A stretch of 64,000 bases of DNA from Ignavibacteriota bacterium (lineage in GTDB: Bacteria > Bacteroidota > Ignavibacteria > UBA10030). The DNA lies in assembly GCA_963701295.1 (NCBI GenBank), contig OY969585.1, forward strand, positions 1,280,001 to 1,344,000, given 5' to 3'. The notes below the pieces were generated by a model. The model saw only the letters and a program-made list of their open reading frames with translations. It made no database searches and was not told the DNA's origin. Positions 60,294-64,000 of this stretch are shown here, piece by piece. How positions within the stretch are numbered: the stretch's first letter is position 1; every line of letters begins with the position of its first letter. The translations under genes were made by a program, and so were the position numbers.

Positions 60294-60671
60294 ATGAAAG
60301 GAAAAGAACTTCAGCGTGTCAAAGCCGCCCTTTTATCGGAGTTAGATATTACACTCCAGAAATGTTGCCACCAGCGCCTCAAAGATGTAGTGAACGATCT
60401 CCAAATTCGTTACGCCAGCATTAAGCCCGATTCTTCTCCAGACGAAGTCTTTTCCGTGTTTCTTCAAAGCGGCGTGCTGAAAACAATGACCGCAGCGCCG
60501 ATTGTGCGTATGCGCGAATCGCTTGAACGCATTCGGACGGGAACATTCGGTTTGTGTATTTCATGCGGAAGAAATATTTCCGCAAAATATCTTGAACAAA
60601 ATCCGACAACGACACATTGCGCTTCATGCGACCGGGAGTCGCAAAAACTTATGCGTCCGGCAGGTTTGTGA
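60294..60671 (+). CDS. DksA/TraR-type C4 zinc-finger protein
   Basis: LERIRTGTFGLCISC-x17-CASC; GAAGGTG RBS. Confidence 0.75.
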   Translation: MKGKELQRVKAALLSELDITLQKCCHQRLKDVVNDLQIRYASIKPDSSPDEVFSVFLQSGVLKTMTAAPIVRMRESLERIRTGTFGLCISCGRNISAKYLEQNPTTTHCASCDRESQKLMRPAGL

Positions 60672-60886
60672 AGTGGAACAAACTATATAAGAAAGTTCTT
60701 CATTTTCCATCCTCAGAGGCATGTCTAAGCAGGGTTTTATATACAATAGTGAGCTTGCCCCAACCAGTCGATATTTGCGGCTTTATTATACCTCAACTTT
60801 GAATTTCTATTCAATACTTTCTTGCACTTCAAATAATCATTTCCTAATGTTGAGCACGTTGAATCAGAGCTAAAAGGAATATTCTC

Positions 60887-62026
60887 ATGAATATAGGCAT
60901 CTTAAAAGAAGTATTTCCATCGGAACGAAGGATCGCACTGACACCCGGCGGCGTACAGACACTCGTCGGTTTGGGTGCCACAGTCTATATCGAACGAAAT
61001 GCAGGAGCATTAAGTTATTTTTCGGATGATGAGTATCGTACTGCCGGCGGAACTATTGTTTATAGTCCGGAAGAGGTCATCAACCGTTCTGATATTGTTC
61101 TCAAAGTTGCTCCGCCCACAGAGAGTGAACTGAATTTTCTTCATGAAGAGCAAACTCTTTTTTCTGCGCTTCATTTGGCAATTTCTAAACGCAAAACAAT
61201 CGAAACGCTTCTCAAAAAAAACATTACTGCTATCGCCCATGAACTGATTGAGAATGAACGGGGTGATCTGCCGATTGTCCAGACCATGGCGGAAATTGCC
61301 GGACAGATTTCAATTCAGGTTGCAGCGCATTATTTGCAGACGCGTGAAGGCGGCCGCGGTGTACTATTGGGAAGCATTCCTGGTGTTCCTGCTGCCGATG
61401 TACTGATTCTTGGCGCAGGAACTGTTGGCAGAACTGCGGCACGTGTGGCACTTGGCCTTGGGGCAAAAGTGATGATCATCGATAAGAATATCAACCAGTT
61501 GCGCGAGGTGGAAAATCTCTTTCAATGGAGAGTCTCTACCGCTGTTTCTGATCAATACAATATCGAATGTGCCGTGCGTGAAGCCGATGTGCTCATCGGA
61601 GCCGTCCTTCTGAAAGGCGAAAAAACGCCTCATTTAGTATCTGAAAGCTTAGTAAAACAAATGAAACCCGGTTCTGTTATCGTCGACATCTCCATTGATC
61701 AGGGCGGATGCGTCGAAACGAGCCGGCCAACAACATTATTGGATCCGACATTTGTTATGCATGGTATCGTACATTATTGTGTTCCGAATACACCGGCATC
61801 CGTACCACGCACGGCAACTGTCGGATGGACGAACGTGCTTCTTCCATTCCTGCGCGAGGCAACTGAGTTAGGGATGGAAAAAGTTCTCCGTGCTGATATC
61901 GGCCTTTCAAAAGGTGTTTGTACATTCCGTGGACAGTGCACCAATTACGCGGCAGCGAAAGCGTTCGACCTCAAAGTAATAGACATTCAACAAATGCTCA
62001 AGTCAACGTCGACTACCAACCGTTAG
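60887..62026 (+). CDS. ald: Alanine dehydrogenase-like protein (AlaDH/PNT family)
   Basis: ERRIALTP, LHLA, GAGTVG, DISIDQGGC.ETS, HYCVPN. Confidence 0.85.
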   Translation: MNIGILKEVFPSERRIALTPGGVQTLVGLGATVYIERNAGALSYFSDDEYRTAGGTIVYSPEEVINRSDIVLKVAPPTESELNFLHEEQTLFSALHLAISKRKTIETLLKKNITAIAHELIENERGDLPIVQTMAEIAGQISIQVAAHYLQTREGGRGVLLGSIPGVPAADVLILGAGTVGRTAARVALGLGAKVMIIDKNINQLREVENLFQWRVSTAVSDQYNIECAVREADVLIGAVLLKGEKTPHLVSESLVKQMKPGSVIVDISIDQGGCVETSRPTTLLDPTFVMHGIVHYCVPNTPASVPRTATVGWTNVLLPFLREATELGMEKVLRADIGLSKGVCTFRGQCTNYAAAKAFDLKVIDIQQMLKSTSTTNR

Positions 62027-62034
62027 GAACGAGT

Positions 62035-63348
62035 ATGAACTGGCTTGATCAATATAAATCAAAAGTTGTTTCCGTCGAAGAAGCGGTACGTGTCGTCAAA
62101 TCAAACGATCGAATTTTTTTAAGTGGCAATGCAGCAACACCTCTTCTTCTTACGAACACACTGGCCCAACGTGCACCTGAACTCTTTAACGTTGAGGTCA
62201 ATCATATCTTATTGTTGGGGAGCGATCCGCTTTCCACGCTGGGAATGGCACGGCACTTTCGACACAACTCGTTCTTTGTCGGTCCTGGGGATCGAGAGTC
62301 CATTGCAGAGGGGAATTCGGACTTTGTACCTGTTCATCTCTCTCAAATACCGGCGCTCTTCCGTTCAGAATATATTCCTCTTGATGTTGCTTTGGTGCAT
62401 CTCTCTCCGCCGGATCCGCATGGGTTCATGAGTTTTGGTGCTGAATGTGGCGCATCGAAAGCGGCAGCAGAGAATGCAAAGATTGTCGTTGCGCAAGTTA
62501 ATGAACGCATGCCGCGTACATTGGGCGATGTTTTTATTCATGTCTCTCGAGTGCATAGAATTGTAGAATGCTCTGTACCAATTATTGAAGGGAAACAGGT
62601 CGTTGCATCGGATATCGAGGAAAAAATTGCCGATTTCATTGCTCCGATGATCGAAAATGGTGCCACTCTGCAATTAGGAATCGGCGGCATTCCGGACGCT
62701 GTGCTGGCGCGCATCGAAGGAAAACAGCATTTGGGTATTCACACAGAAATGATTTCTGATGGAGTTGTGAGTGCAATTGAAAAAGGAATCATTACCAGCC
62801 AAAAGAAAACACTTCATCCAGGGAAGGTTGTAGGGACATTCGTATTAGGTTCTCAACAACTCTATGATTATGTCCACAACAATCCGCTCTTTGAACTGCA
62901 TCCGTGCGACTACACGAACAATCCGTTTATTATCGCACAGAATGAAAAAATGATCTCGATCAATTCTTGCATTGAAGTAGATATCACAGGACAGGTTTGT
63001 TCGGATTCCATCGGCACGAAAATCTATAGCGGATTTGGCGGACAAGTAGACTTCGTCCGGGGATGTGCATATTCCAAGGGGGGCAAGGCATTCATCGCAT
63101 TGCCTTCTACAACGAAGAATGATACAGTCTCTCGAATTGTACCCCAATTAAAACCTGGAGCGGGAGTAGTAACTTCCAGAGCGGACGTTCAATATGTTGT
63201 GACAGAATATGGCGTAGCTTTCCTTCATGGAAAAAATCTGCGTCAACGCGCAGAAGCTCTCATTGCAATAGCGCATCCTTCATTCCGTCCACAGCTTGAA
63301 GAGTACTTGCGGACAATCAGGAAAAGCGATTTGAATGCATGTGCTTGA
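62035..63348 (+). CDS. Acetyl-CoA hydrolase / 4-hydroxybutyrate CoA-transferase family protein
   Basis: LQLGIGGIP, GIHTEM, SGFGGQVDF, VVTEYG, IAHP.FR; start ATG 62035 (MNWLDQ). Confidence 0.93.
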   Translation: MNWLDQYKSKVVSVEEAVRVVKSNDRIFLSGNAATPLLLTNTLAQRAPELFNVEVNHILLLGSDPLSTLGMARHFRHNSFFVGPGDRESIAEGNSDFVPVHLSQIPALFRSEYIPLDVALVHLSPPDPHGFMSFGAECGASKAAAENAKIVVAQVNERMPRTLGDVFIHVSRVHRIVECSVPIIEGKQVVASDIEEKIADFIAPMIENGATLQLGIGGIPDAVLARIEGKQHLGIHTEMISDGVVSAIEKGIITSQKKTLHPGKVVGTFVLGSQQLYDYVHNNPLFELHPCDYTNNPFIIAQNEKMISINSCIEVDITGQVCSDSIGTKIYSGFGGQVDFVRGCAYSKGGKAFIALPSTTKNDTVSRIVPQLKPGAGVVTSRADVQYVVTEYGVAFLHGKNLRQRAEALIAIAHPSFRPQLEEYLRTIRKSDLNACA

Positions 63349-63721
63349 ATTTCGGTTCCTTTATTCGCTGTGAACGGAAAAAAACCATTTCAAATTATAT
63401 ACACTTGGATTTTTCGTTTATCCTTCAACACTTTTATTCCTGTTTTTAGCAAAAAATTCCAATTCTCAAGATAAAACGGTGAGTTATACAACACAATCAT
63501 TGATAATACGCTTAAATAACAAACACTTTGCTTGATTTCTTGGTACAATCATTGCCAATTGTTCAATGTTTTAGGTTATCAAAAAGAATCGGTGAATGTG
63601 TTTGAATAACGAATTTCTGAATGCTTGATAATCAAAATATGATTTGTCACCTTATGCGTGCCTTCATCCGTCATAATGTTTGTAGAAAAAGAATTCAGGT
63701 TGTTACCAGCGAAAAAAATCG

Positions 63722-64000
63722 ATGCAGAAACCTAAGCATTTAAGAATAAATCATTTCATAATCATCATATTAGCAAGTGTGTTACTTCCTTGTCTCGTTT
63801 CTGGGCAGACCGTGGATGATTGTCTTGCATGTCATTCAGACAATACGTTGACGATAGAGAAGAAGGGAAAAACAATTTCCCTGTTTGCGGATCAATCGAT
63901 ATTAAAAAAATCATCCCATGCAAAACTTATCTGCATTGCCTGCCATGTTAGTTTCGATGCCGGCAATGTTCCCCACAAAGAGAAGATCGATCCGGTCAAT
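63722..64000 (+). CDS. Exported multiheme cytochrome c, 5' part (runs off the window edge)
   Basis: Manual translation MQKPKHLRINHFIIIILASVLLPCLVSGQTVDDCLACHSDNTLTIEKKGKTISLFADQSILKKSSHAKLICIACHVSFDAGNVPHKEKIDPVN: signal peptide plus two CxxCH motifs. Confidence 0.88.
   Translation, partial: MQKPKHLRINHFIIIILASVLLPCLVSGQTVDDCLACHSDNTLTIEKKGKTISLFADQSILKKSSHAKLICIACHVSFDAGNVPHKEKIDPVN

Noticed and set aside
61918-62034. N-terminal extension of the CoA transferase
   Set aside because: Overlaps the ald 3' end; family similarity begins at ATG 62035
1-64000. CRISPR arrays, rRNA/tRNA genes, transposases, integrases, prophage genes
   Set aside because: No regularly spaced repeats, RNA gene signatures or mobile-element proteins were recognised by eye

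Overview
Chromosomal window from an anaerobic or facultative Gram-negative bacterium. Protein similarities recalled from memory suggest the Bacteroidota-Chlorobi-Ignavibacteria group (inference, no search run). Layout: (1) At the left edge, a minus-strand arsenic operon arsR-arsM-arsN2-nitroreductase-arsC runs directly into the 5' part of an hgcA-like mercury-methylation gene that the ORF track missed. Its Cys-rich N-terminal segment is in a different frame from the core, joined at an A9 / A-AAA-AAG slippery run. (2) A nearly complete dcw cluster, mraZ to ftsZ, with one unknown membrane gene inserted and no ddl. (3) Tat-signal dipeptide epimerase, HAD phosphatase, AhpC and mreD-mrdA-rodA. (4) Spy-like protein, 5-PAS hybrid kinase and MacAB-type ABC system. 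(5) A ~26 kb anaerobic energy block: frameshifted hypA, hypB, hoxEFUYHW (group 3d NiFe hydrogenase), PFOR, DHODH-like protein, hemN, malic enzyme, a 4-subunit 2-oxoacid:ferredoxin oxidoreductase, Ald-like enzyme, CoA transferase, two non-canonical DksA-type Zn-finger proteins, and the start of a multiheme cytochrome c at the right edge. Two intergenic stretches (44829-44976 and 47817-47914) fold by eye into unexplained structured RNAs. Three genes carry single-site frameshifts (hgcA, hypA, ppnP), so sequencing error must be excluded before any is called programmed. No rRNA, tRNA, CRISPR array or transposase was seen.
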